Source of the DNA: an uncultured Draconibacterium sp.
Lineage (GTDB): Bacteria > Bacteroidota > Bacteroidia > Bacteroidales > FEN-979
Assembly (NCBI GenBank): GCA_964355945.1
Contig: CAYHGE010000001.1
Span: 48,259 to 112,258 of the forward strand
Reading direction: 5' to 3'
Length of the DNA stretch: 64,000 bases
The notes below the pieces were generated by a model that did not search any database, was not told the origin of the DNA, and was given only the letters and a program-made list of their open reading frames with translations. Of the stretch, positions 1-9,001 are shown piece by piece; the stretch's first letter is position 1, and each line of letters begins with the position of its first letter. A program made the translations under genes and the position numbers.

Positions 1-834
1 ATCCGCAGAAGCAATATCCTGTTTTGCCTGGGAGATCCTGCCTGCAGCTGTTGGAAATACGATCAGAAAAAGAATGAAGACCGCCACAGCGACTGCGCCG
101 AAACCCATTCCGGCGTGCCATCTTTTATATTTGAATATCAGTATGGCAATATAAAATCCAACGACGCTAAGCCACACCAGCAGGCCTGCTTTTGAACTGA
201 GCAGAACAACCATCAGGGTGAAAAACAGCAGGACGGCAATATGCATTGCCATATTGGGAAATCCATGCACGCTCTTACGGATAAAAACAAAATAGATGAT
301 GTTTGACAATGCAAACACCAGGTACATGGCATAATAGCTGGGATGAAAATTCCAGCCAAGAGAGGTGTAATAAAACGCTCCTGCCTCGTGAATGAAAATG
401 CTTTGATAAACTGCCCGCCCGATCAGGATCAGGCTTCCTGCAATGCACCCGGCACCGAAGGAGCGCAGGACAAGCCCGGTCTCTTTTGCACTGAATGCCG
501 GAATTTCCGAAGTGGCAAAAATTAAGGGGAAAATGAGCATGGACAATTTCAACTCCAGGTCTTCCCGCGCATATTGAAAATTCGTAGTATGAATGAGTCC
601 GATAAGGTACAGGAAGTAAAGAAATGAAAATGAGAATATTAAGGTCCGTTGTTTCTCCTTGAAAATCAAAGGGACTGTTTTGATATACTCTCCCGCAACA
701 AGCCAGTTCAGAACAAGCAGTATGATCATCAGCGGCAACAACTCTTTCCAGACAGGAATCGCAAATGCAATCGCCATGGAAAGCGAGAGAAATATGTTCC
801 TGTGGATCGATTTTGCTTTATCCCTTATGATCAC
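1..834 (-). CDS. O-antigen ligase/polymerase (Wzy_C/WaaL)-family membrane protein, N-terminal part; runs off the window edge
   Basis: Not in the ORF track because it is truncated. My translation from GTG at 834 (GTGA overlap with the GT2 stop) gives a hydrophobic protein with YLIGLIHTTN..DLELKLSMLIFPL, FHPSYYAMYLVF and VLLSSKAGLL motifs, typical of Bacteroidota O-antigen ligase-like proteins. Confidence 0.7.
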   Translation of the reverse strand, partial: MIIRDKAKSIHRNIFLSLSMAIAFAIPVWKELLPLMIILLVLNWLVAGEYIKTVPLIFKEKQRTLIFSFSFLYFLYLIGLIHTTNFQYAREDLELKLSMLIFPLIFATSEIPAFSAKETGLVLRSFGAGCIAGSLILIGRAVYQSIFIHEAGAFYYTSLGWNFHPSYYAMYLVFALSNIIYFVFIRKSVHGFPNMAMHIAVLLFFTLMVVLLSSKAGLLVWLSVVGFYIAILIFKYKRWHAGMGFGAVAVAVFILFLIVFPTAAGRISQAKQDIASAD

Positions 835-1859
835 CTTGTGTGTGCTATGGTTTTGATTTCCTGATGCAAGATAAGGAATTTGACAATACCGCGTAAATAG
901 CCCCAGCCATAAGCGAGATGGATCAGGAAAAATAGCCAGGGAAGAAACAGCAACAGGCCAAACCGTTTGGCATCGCGGGCCACTTTGAGAGAAAAGGATA
1001 GATCTGCAAGAATGTAGACACCCATGCCCAGGACAAAAAGTGCTGCGGCAACATTGCTGATCGTGGCCAATGGAATAAATGTAAGTAAAAACAGAACGAA
1101 AATAAACGGCACCAGTTGCCTGATGGTAGTCGGCTTCCCTATTTTCATGGATACAAAGGGTTTAAACAACCCATATTGGTAAAACATCTTCCTGATCGAT
1201 TTCACCGATCCCCGGGTGTAATAGGTGACAAAAATATCGGGGATGAGATAAATGGTTCCCCCGTTTTTCACCAGCCTCGCATTGAATTCATCATCCTGGT
1301 TGCGTAGCAACGTTTCATCGAACAGGCCGATCCGGTCAAAAACCGATCGTTTGTAGCATCCGAATGTAACGGTGTCCACCTGTTTGATTGTTTTTGAGCC
1401 AATCCGGAAATGTGCATTGCCCACGCCAAAAGAACAGGATAGCGCCTGTGATATGGCCAATGCCCTGAGCGACGCATCCGGTGGCCGGGATACAAGCAAT
1501 CCACCGACATTGTCGGCATCCAGCATTAATGTGGCTTTTATCAGGGAGGAGATGTAATCGGCAGGATATTCGGCATGCGAACCAAGTATGATGATGAATT
1601 TGCCTTTTGACTGCCGGATTCCCATGTTCAACGCGAAGGGAACATACTGTTTTTCATTATGCAGGAGCTGAATAAAAGGGTGGTTTGCAGCATATTTCCG
1701 AATGATTTCAGGTGTTTTGTCTTTGCTGTTTCCATCTGCGGCAAACACCTCCATCCTGTCGTGGGGATAGTCCTGTGCGATCAGGTTTTCCAGGATGGTT
1801 CCGATGAACTTCTCCTCGTTAAAACATGGGATTATTACAGTAACAAAAGGTTGTGTCAT
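831..1859 (-). CDS. GT2 family glycosyltransferase (succinoglycan ExoA-like)
   Basis: VTVIIPCFNEE, DGNSKD, VDTVTFGCY, FDETLLRNQDDEFNARL, QYG; C-terminal hydrophobic helices. Confidence 0.9.
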   Translation of the reverse strand: MTQPFVTVIIPCFNEEKFIGTILENLIAQDYPHDRMEVFAADGNSKDKTPEIIRKYAANHPFIQLLHNEKQYVPFALNMGIRQSKGKFIIILGSHAEYPADYISSLIKATLMLDADNVGGLLVSRPPDASLRALAISQALSCSFGVGNAHFRIGSKTIKQVDTVTFGCYKRSVFDRIGLFDETLLRNQDDEFNARLVKNGGTIYLIPDIFVTYYTRGSVKSIRKMFYQYGLFKPFVSMKIGKPTTIRQLVPFIFVLFLLTFIPLATISNVAAALFVLGMGVYILADLSFSLKVARDAKRFGLLLFLPWLFFLIHLAYGWGYLRGIVKFLILHQEIKTIAHTR

Positions 1860-2035
1860 GAAAAATGAATATGTTAAAACCCCCAGCTAATAAAATTTAA
1901 GATTCACCCTGTAAATTTATAACTTATTTTCAGACCCTTCCTGTCTGGTCAGATATTCAGACGACAACGCTTACCTGTATCAGGAAAAACCATGCTCAAT
2001 TTGATGCTGCAACCATGGCGGATAGTTTTTTTTCA

Positions 2036-2043
2036 TAAATTTG
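2036..2043 (+). promoter_or_regulatory. Bacteroidota housekeeping -7 promoter element (TAAATTTG) before the flippase operon
   Basis: Matches TAnnTTTG, 7 nt before the ATG at 2051. Confidence 0.5.
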
Positions 2044-2050
2044 ACTTTTT

Positions 2051-3337
2051 ATGAAAAGACCCATCTTAAAGAGATCCGAATTTCTTACCCATACTTTTCA
2101 ATTGCTCATCGGGACTTCGGTGGTCCAGGTGTTGGGTTTTCTCCTTCAACCGGTATTAAGCCGGCTATACACACCGGCTGACTATGCAGTTTATGGCGTT
2201 TTTATTACCCTGTTGAACTGGCTTGAGGTCGTCGCCACCGGCAGGTATGAACTGGCAACAGTGATCCCAAAACATGACAAGGATGCGATAAATCTCATAG
2301 CCGGAACAAGCCTGCTGTCATTACTCGTCGCCATACTCACGTTTGCCGCTGTTGTTTTTTTCGGACCAACGATCTGCGAATTATTCAAGGTGCCGGCACT
2401 CTTGCCCTATCTGTACCTTTTGCCCTTTACCCTGCTGGCATGGTCCGTGTCAAAAATGCTGAATAGCTGGCTTGTCAGAAAGGAGGCGTTTAAAGCGTTT
2501 TCCGTCAATAAGGTAGTTCAGAAAGGCAGCGAATTCAGCACCTCCATCACCTTTGGATTCGTATCGTTCCATAGCGGTTTGATCCTGGGTGATTTTATTG
2601 GCCGGACGATGCTGCTCCTTGTCTCGATCCGGCAAAGCATCCGTTACGGTGCCAGCTTATCCATGATCACTTCCCGGGAGATGTTGCAGGCACTGAAGCG
2701 ATTTAGCCGCTATCCATTGTATAATACGGTACCGGCCTTACTCAATACAACAGCCACCCTGCTGCCTGTATTTTACATGAGTTCCAGGTACCCTGGAGAT
2801 GCAGCAGGAAATTTTATTTTTTCCAGGATGATTCTTCTGGTTCCGATCTCCTTTTTATCATTCGCGATTTCACAGGTGCTCCTGCAGAAAGTTGCCAAGA
2901 ACAGAATCAACAACTTATCAGTGCTAACCGAAATAAAATTTCTGGTTAAATATCTTGGGTTGACCGGGCTGGCAATCATGGTTGTTTTTATGATTGGCGC
3001 TCCCTGGATATTTTCTTTCATTTTCGGGAAAAGCTGGCTGCTTGCAGGAGTGTTTTCACAGGTCATGGTGGTTTCTTATGCCATTCAGTTTCTCGTTTCT
3101 CCGATGAGCAGTGCATTGGCTGCGATGGAGAAAATAAAATTATACAGTATCTGGCAGACTTGTTACTTTTTAGCCATTGGCAGCCTTTTCTTTGTCAGGG
3201 ACATCACAGCGATCCGTTTCATTTTCCTCCTTACATTTGTGGAGGCATTGTCATACCTGGCTTATCTGGGACTCATTCTCTGGGGAGTGAGGAAATATGA
3301 ACATTCAATTAAAATAATGGCTCAGAACCATCCATGA
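2051..3337 (+). CDS. Oligosaccharide flippase (Wzx/MOP family)
   Basis: About 12 hydrophobic segments; PVLSRLYTPADYAVYG and TGRYELA motifs; first gene of a glycan operon. Confidence 0.85.
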   Translation: MKRPILKRSEFLTHTFQLLIGTSVVQVLGFLLQPVLSRLYTPADYAVYGVFITLLNWLEVVATGRYELATVIPKHDKDAINLIAGTSLLSLLVAILTFAAVVFFGPTICELFKVPALLPYLYLLPFTLLAWSVSKMLNSWLVRKEAFKAFSVNKVVQKGSEFSTSITFGFVSFHSGLILGDFIGRTMLLLVSIRQSIRYGASLSMITSREMLQALKRFSRYPLYNTVPALLNTTATLLPVFYMSSRYPGDAAGNFIFSRMILLVPISFLSFAISQVLLQKVAKNRINNLSVLTEIKFLVKYLGLTGLAIMVVFMIGAPWIFSFIFGKSWLLAGVFSQVMVVSYAIQFLVSPMSSALAAMEKIKLYSIWQTCYFLAIGSLFFVRDITAIRFIFLLTFVEALSYLAYLGLILWGVRKYEHSIKIMAQNHP

Positions 3338-4491
3338 TACCAAACATTGAACCCGGACATCCGATAAAAGTCTGTCATATTTCGACGGTTCATTCTGCCT
3401 TTGATGATCGCATTTTCTACAAGGAGTGCAGGTCACTGGCGGCAAATGGCTATGATGTGAGTCTGGTTGTTCAGCACGACCGCGATGAAGTTGTTGACGG
3501 GGTCCACATTCTGGCGCTTCCTCACGCCACCGGAAGAGTTCAGCGGTTGCTGATCAATTCGGTAAGGGCTTTTCTCAGGGGAATGAATTCGGGAGCCAGG
3601 CTAATCCATTTTCACGATCCCGAACTGATCCTGATCGGCCTTTTGTTCCGGATTTGTGGCAGGAAAGTCATTTATGACATTCATGAACTCGTTTATTACC
3701 ATTTTGATCAGAAAGAGTGGCTTCACCCTGTTGTTCGTTTTTTTGTGAAGATCGGCTATCGGTTCTTTGAAAGACTTGCAGTCATGTTCTTTAACAAGAT
3801 TATTTTAGTGGTTGATGATGATTCGTTCAGGGATTATTTTACCAGGAGTTATCCCTCGTGGCTTGGAAAATTCACCTACATCCACAATTTCTGCATGATT
3901 TCGATGATCGACCAGACTGTCCCTGCCGATTTTAACAAAGATGGCAAAGTGCTTATTTATGCTGGCGGATTAACACGGATCAGGGGAATCCGGGAGGTTA
4001 TTCAGGCCATCGACCGGATGAACAACCCGCCTTGTTTTCTGCTTTTTGGCCAATGGTCGGATGATGACTACCGGGAAACCTGTGTGGCAGAACCCGGCTG
4101 GCGAAATGTCAGGGAAATGGGATTTAAACGGCTGGAAGAGGTTTATCCATACATGAAAGTGGCCGACCTGGGAATTGCACTGCTTTACCCGATGAAAAAC
4201 TACCTGACCAGCCTGCCCGTCAAAGCGTTTGAATATATGGCCTGTTCACTGCCAATCCTGATGTCGGATTTCCCTTTCTGGCAAAGAACCTTTGAGGGAA
4301 GTTCCTGGTTTGCAGATCCTTATAGTGTAACGTCCATCCAGGCTGCACTGGAAGAGATACTTGCAGATGAGAAATCGATGGAAAAGAGGGGGAAAACAGG
4401 CCGTGAAATGGTTGAAGAGCGTTTCTCATGGGAGGCTGAAGCAAAACGACTCCTGGAATGTTACGGCAAGATATTAAATGGAACAATTTGA
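3334..4491 (+). CDS. GT4 family glycosyltransferase
   Basis: HISTVH..D.RIF.KEC.SLA, HFHDPEL, YDIHE, SLPVKAFEYMACSLP, FSWEAE. Confidence 0.9.
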   Translation: MIPNIEPGHPIKVCHISTVHSAFDDRIFYKECRSLAANGYDVSLVVQHDRDEVVDGVHILALPHATGRVQRLLINSVRAFLRGMNSGARLIHFHDPELILIGLLFRICGRKVIYDIHELVYYHFDQKEWLHPVVRFFVKIGYRFFERLAVMFFNKIILVVDDDSFRDYFTRSYPSWLGKFTYIHNFCMISMIDQTVPADFNKDGKVLIYAGGLTRIRGIREVIQAIDRMNNPPCFLLFGQWSDDDYRETCVAEPGWRNVREMGFKRLEEVYPYMKVADLGIALLYPMKNYLTSLPVKAFEYMACSLPILMSDFPFWQRTFEGSSWFADPYSVTSIQAALEEILADEKSMEKRGKTGREMVEERFSWEAEAKRLLECYGKILNGTI

Positions 4492-4494
4492 ATT

Positions 4495-5463
4495 ATGATG
4501 GAAGCCAGAGAACTATTGACCGGGGAGATCGCAACGTATCAACAGGTGTGGAGCCAGCATGGATCGTTGTTCGCCGATCCGGACTGGGCACAGTGTTTTG
4601 GCTCCGACATTAAACTGTGTGGGATTTTTAATGGCAATAACGACCTGATCGGCGGATTTCTTTTTTCAAAATCAGACATGAAAGGGTATCCCTACCATAC
4701 AAACGCACCATTTACCCCGTCAATTGCCTTATTTTATCATAATCCCGCCGAAAATCCCTCCAACCGGCTTGGCACTGACAAGGAAATTCTTGATGCGGTA
4801 GCTAGATTTTTCCGCCAATTCAGGTTACCGATTCAACGGTTTTGCCTCCCGGTCAAAGTAAAAGACATGCAACCGTTTAACTGGCTTGGTTTCAAGGTTA
4901 TTCCTCACCTTACCTATTGGATTGACCTCCAAAAACCAGAGACGGAACTTTATGCCAATCTTTCAGCAAAGCTTCGAAACAATATTAAAAAGGCAAAAAC
5001 AGACGGAGTTGTATTGAGACAAATATTAGATTATCAGCTATGTGAGCCAATGCTGATGAGTACCTACTCCCGCAATAAAATCGGGGTAGAACATGAATAT
5101 GTGAGGAATATACTTTTCAAATTTGCTCATCCCGGCAATAGCTTTGCTTTTGGCGCATTTAAGGATGAAGAGATGATCGCCATCTCCTTCTTCCTGTATG
5201 ATAAACATACCGCCTATTATATCTTCGGAGGCTTCAATGAGGCTTCAAAGCATGAGGGCGCCGGGGCCTGGTCGATTTGGGAAGGTATCTGTTATGCAAA
5301 ATCAAAGGGGTTGACCCTGTTTGACTTTGAAGGATCCATGATCCCCAGGATTGAAAAGTATTTCAGGGGATTTGGCGGAGAAATTGCAAACTATTTTACC
5401 ATAAACCGGGCTCCTTTCCTCATGGAGGTTATCCTGAAGTTATTTAAAAGAGGTCTGTTCTGA
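4495..5463 (+). CDS. GNAT/FemAB-like acyltransferase in a glycan locus
   Basis: LRNNIKKA, AYYIFGG, FDFEGSMIPRIEKYFRGFGG motifs of the FemAB-like GNAT family. Confidence 0.75.
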   Translation: MMEARELLTGEIATYQQVWSQHGSLFADPDWAQCFGSDIKLCGIFNGNNDLIGGFLFSKSDMKGYPYHTNAPFTPSIALFYHNPAENPSNRLGTDKEILDAVARFFRQFRLPIQRFCLPVKVKDMQPFNWLGFKVIPHLTYWIDLQKPETELYANLSAKLRNNIKKAKTDGVVLRQILDYQLCEPMLMSTYSRNKIGVEHEYVRNILFKFAHPGNSFAFGAFKDEEMIAISFFLYDKHTAYYIFGGFNEASKHEGAGAWSIWEGICYAKSKGLTLFDFEGSMIPRIEKYFRGFGGEIANYFTINRAPFLMEVILKLFKRGLF

Positions 5464-6938
5464 TGCTTTTTACATCCCTCACATTCATTTTTTTCTTTAC
5501 TGCGGTATTTGTCCTGTACTGGTTTGTGTTTAAGCGTAACCTGGCATGGCAGAATTTACTCATCCTGGGCGCCGGGTATGTGTTTTATGGATGGTGGGAT
5601 TGGCGGTTTTTGCTGCTTTTACTTTTTATCTCCCTGGCAAATTATTTCATTGCACTCCTGATTCAGAAAATCACGCACCTCTTGCTGCGCAAATGGCTGT
5701 TTCTGATGGGGTTGGCAATCAACATCGGCACATTGGCTTTCTTTAAATATTTTAATTTCTTTATGGAAGGTTTTGTTAACATGACATCCTCCATGGGATT
5801 GCATCTGAATCACTTCACCCTGGTGATCATCCTGCCAGTCGGGATTAGTTTTTACATTTTCATCTCCCTGAGTTATCTGGTCGATGTTTATCAGCATAAA
5901 CTCCGGGCTGCAGGCAACCTCATTGAAGCATTGCTTGCTTTCAGCTTTTTTCCGGTCATACTTGCCGGACCAATTCAGAGGCCGGTTTCTCTCTTGCCCC
6001 AGATCCAGAGCCTTCGTATTTTCGACAATGATTTAGCCGCCAATGGATTAAGACAGATACTTTGGGGCTTTTTCATGAAAATGGTGATTGCCGATAATTG
6101 CGTTCCTTATGTGGATGATATTTTCAACAACTACCTGCTATACCAGGGGAGCACCTTGATAGTTGGGGCGCTGCTGTTTACGGTCCAGATCTATGCCGAC
6201 TTTGCCGGCTACTCCAACATCGCCATCGGGCTCGGGAAACTATTGGGTTTCAGGATCATTCAAAACTTCGCCTTCCCGTATTTTTCACGGGATATCAAAT
6301 CCTTCTGGAAAAAATGGAATATTTCATTGACCACCTGGTTCAGGGATTATGTGTTTCTGCCCATTGCATATAATGTATCAGGGAAAATAAAAGCAGACCG
6401 GTTCTTCCATATTAAAACCGACTATATTATTTACATTGCAGGTATTTCTGTTACATGGGTGCTTACAGGGTTGTGGCATGGGGCAAATTATACGTTCATT
6501 ATATGGGGACTAATTCATGGATGTGCCCTTATTTTATATCATCTGACTTCAAAATCAAGAAAGATATTGCTTAAAAGGTTTGATTTGTCCAACGACAGTT
6601 TGGCCATCGTTATCCCTGAATCTATCTTCACCATGGGGATTGTGATTGGTTCATGGATATTCTTTCGTGCCGTTACGTTGACCGATGCACTCGGGTATAT
6701 TGGGGAGATTTTTTCTGCTTCAACCTTTTCATTACCAAAATCGGTTCCGAATGACATCCTCATCCTTACCATACTTTTTTTGGTAATCGAGTGGATGGGC
6801 AGAAAAGAGGAGTATGCAATCGCCGGATTTGCACTAAAATGGCCTAAAACAGTAAGATGGGCCTTCTATTACGGGATCGTGGCTGCCGTTTTTTATTTCT
6901 CCGGAACAGGGCAGAAATTTATTTACTTCCAGTTTTAA
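5463..6938 (+). CDS. MBOAT O-acyltransferase (AlgI/PatA/DltB-like)
   Basis: MLFTS, FKYFNFF, LPVGISFY, AGPI.R, QIYADFAGYS, NF..PYFS, FW..W.ISL..WFRDY, GLWHGA, C-terminal FIYFQF. Confidence 0.95.
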   Translation: MLFTSLTFIFFFTAVFVLYWFVFKRNLAWQNLLILGAGYVFYGWWDWRFLLLLLFISLANYFIALLIQKITHLLLRKWLFLMGLAINIGTLAFFKYFNFFMEGFVNMTSSMGLHLNHFTLVIILPVGISFYIFISLSYLVDVYQHKLRAAGNLIEALLAFSFFPVILAGPIQRPVSLLPQIQSLRIFDNDLAANGLRQILWGFFMKMVIADNCVPYVDDIFNNYLLYQGSTLIVGALLFTVQIYADFAGYSNIAIGLGKLLGFRIIQNFAFPYFSRDIKSFWKKWNISLTTWFRDYVFLPIAYNVSGKIKADRFFHIKTDYIIYIAGISVTWVLTGLWHGANYTFIIWGLIHGCALILYHLTSKSRKILLKRFDLSNDSLAIVIPESIFTMGIVIGSWIFFRAVTLTDALGYIGEIFSASTFSLPKSVPNDILILTILFLVIEWMGRKEEYAIAGFALKWPKTVRWAFYYGIVAAVFYFSGTGQKFIYFQF

Positions 6939-6948
6939 TGATTTGTGG

Positions 6949-7866
6949 ATGAGGGTTTTTGTTAAAAATATTTTCCTTTTTACCGGCATCATTTTATTTC
7001 CGCTGGTTCTTTACACCGGTTTTATTTATGTTGCAAATTCGATCCTTGTCGCAAATTATCGGGTAAATCCCGGGGTGAATACGATTGTCATTGGGGATTC
7101 TCATACCCAGAAGGCAATCAACGATCAATACTTTCCGAATGCCATAAATCTGTCTCAAAGCAGCGAAAGTTTTTTATATTCTTATGTTAAATTGAAGGAG
7201 ATATTAAAGCACAATCCAAATATTAAAACAGTACTTTTGGGATGCAGTTTTCACTCGTTCTCCGCGTATTACGACGAATTTGTATTTGGGAAATATTCGT
7301 CGGAAATTTCCGCGGGATACTTCTTTGCCATGCCGGTTGATCTTCAGTGGCAGTTTTTGTACAGGAACAATACGCTCACCGGGCAATATTATAGAAGTTT
7401 GTTACACAAGGGTTTTCTCAATCTTTTGGCGGATTCAGGCCGGTATTCATTCCTGGGTGGTTATGAACCCTATTTCACGAAGGTTAAAATGACAAGGGAG
7501 TCGGTAGGAAAACGGGTGAATACGCACTATTTCTGCGATGGGCAGTTGGTTGGATTCTCGTCAGTCAACATTGACTACCTTCATAAGATAGCCCGGTTAT
7601 GTCATGAGAAAAATGTCAGGCTGATATTGCTGAACACACCCCTGCATGAATGCTATCTTGAAAAGGTTCCGGATACATTCAGGGATCGGTTTTATTCTCT
7701 TGTGAATGTCAATAAATTTGAGTTGATCGAATTTGACGGATTGCACCTGAATGACAGTTGTTTTTTACCTGACGGAGACCATGTTACCGGTGAAGGTGCC
7801 CGGTTAACGACACAGTTTTTGGTGCGTTATTTACGCGCTGATTCTGTAAAAACAAGAAAGGAATAG
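6949..7866 (+). CDS. Membrane-anchored SGNH-like protein, putative MBOAT partner (PatB/DltD-like role)
   Basis: N-terminal TM; IVIGDSH (block I Ser) and DGDH (DxxH); directly after the MBOAT. The track starts at TTG 6943; ATG 6949 chosen. Confidence 0.7.
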   Translation: MRVFVKNIFLFTGIILFPLVLYTGFIYVANSILVANYRVNPGVNTIVIGDSHTQKAINDQYFPNAINLSQSSESFLYSYVKLKEILKHNPNIKTVLLGCSFHSFSAYYDEFVFGKYSSEISAGYFFAMPVDLQWQFLYRNNTLTGQYYRSLLHKGFLNLLADSGRYSFLGGYEPYFTKVKMTRESVGKRVNTHYFCDGQLVGFSSVNIDYLHKIARLCHEKNVRLILLNTPLHECYLEKVPDTFRDRFYSLVNVNKFELIEFDGLHLNDSCFLPDGDHVTGEGARLTTQFLVRYLRADSVKTRKE

Positions 7867-7870
7867 TTGT

Positions 7871-8680
7871 ATGAAAGTAATCGTGTCGCATGATGTGGAT
7901 CATATCACATTCTGGGAGCACCGGAAAGACCTGATCATTCCAAAGTTTTTTGTCAGAAATGCCATCGAATGTGCAACCGGGAACATCTCTTTTAGTGAAA
8001 TGATGCGGCGATTTGGTCCTGTGTGCAGCAACCGATGGCACCGGTTACCGGAGTTGATCGCCTTTGATCTTGCCGAAAAGATTCCATCCACCTTCTTTTT
8101 TGGGATGAACAATGGGTGCAACCTCAACTACTCCCTTCGCAATGCCTCATTTTGGATTCAATATGCTGCAGATCATGGCTTTGATGTGGGGGTTCATGGC
8201 ATCGGATATCACAATTCCGAAGAAATCAGGAAGGAATTTTCGTCATTTAAAACCATTTCGGGAAAAACCGGGTTTGGGATCCGCATGCACTACCTTCGGC
8301 AAACAATTGATACGCTCAAATATCTTTCTGAGGCGGGATATTCCTTTGACTCGACTGTAAGAACGCCGCTCTCTCCATATAAAATAGGGGAGATGTGGGA
8401 ATTTCCCCTGCATATTATGGATGGCGATATCATGCAGCACGGGAAACCTTATGGAAATAAATCGCTCAAACAAGCGCAACTCCTCACAAAATCTGTTATT
8501 GACCAGGTTTTTGAAAATCAGTCACCATACCTGACCGTTTTATTCCACGATCTCTACTTTGATCATAGCTTTTCTGTCTGGTACGACTGGTATCATTGGA
8601 TCATTGAATACCTGAAATCATCCGGGTTTGAATTTACAGGTTACCATCAGGCATTAAAGGATTTGGATGACAAAAGATAA
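7871..8680 (+). CDS. Polysaccharide deacetylase (CE4/NodB-like)
   Basis: VSHDVDH, STFFF, VGVHG, RMHYLR, FDST, WEFPLHIMD, VLFH. Confidence 0.8.
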   Translation: MKVIVSHDVDHITFWEHRKDLIIPKFFVRNAIECATGNISFSEMMRRFGPVCSNRWHRLPELIAFDLAEKIPSTFFFGMNNGCNLNYSLRNASFWIQYAADHGFDVGVHGIGYHNSEEIRKEFSSFKTISGKTGFGIRMHYLRQTIDTLKYLSEAGYSFDSTVRTPLSPYKIGEMWEFPLHIMDGDIMQHGKPYGNKSLKQAQLLTKSVIDQVFENQSPYLTVLFHDLYFDHSFSVWYDWYHWIIEYLKSSGFEFTGYHQALKDLDDKR

Positions 8681-8763
8681 TCCCGGTTTGATATATTTTC
8701 AAAATTTCAAGCAAGGGTTCAAACTAGTCCTACAAGTAACAAAAATCACTTTTAATGCCTTCA

Positions 8764-8911
8764 TTTATTGCAGTTGGCTTTAGCCAACTGTTTAAAGTTA
8801 ATACAACTTTTGGGCTTTAGCCACATAGATTGCTGTCCTTGTAAATGGGGCTAAAGCCCCTTCTAGGCAGAATTATCAATTTAGCAGTCAGCTGAAGCAG
8901 ACTGGAATAAA
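8764..8911. repeat. REPIN/MITE-like nested inverted-repeat element (148 bp)
   Basis: Outer arms 8764-8790 and 8885-8911 are imperfect inverted copies, and each is itself a hairpin. Inner arms GGGCTTTAGCCACAT (8812-8826) and ATGGGGCTAAAGCCC (8845-8859) match 14/15 as an inverted repeat. Confidence 0.75.
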
Positions 8912-9001
8912 TAGTTCTTCTTGTGCTTCCCGGATATAGCAACTAGGTAAAGGTTCCTGTTCAACCCTTGATTCACATTCATTAATAATGTTGGGATGAC
9001 A

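Noticed and set aside
8764..8911. CRISPR array interpretation of the repeated GGCTTTAGCC units
   Set aside because: The units are inverted and nested, not direct repeats with regular spacers, and no cas genes are present.
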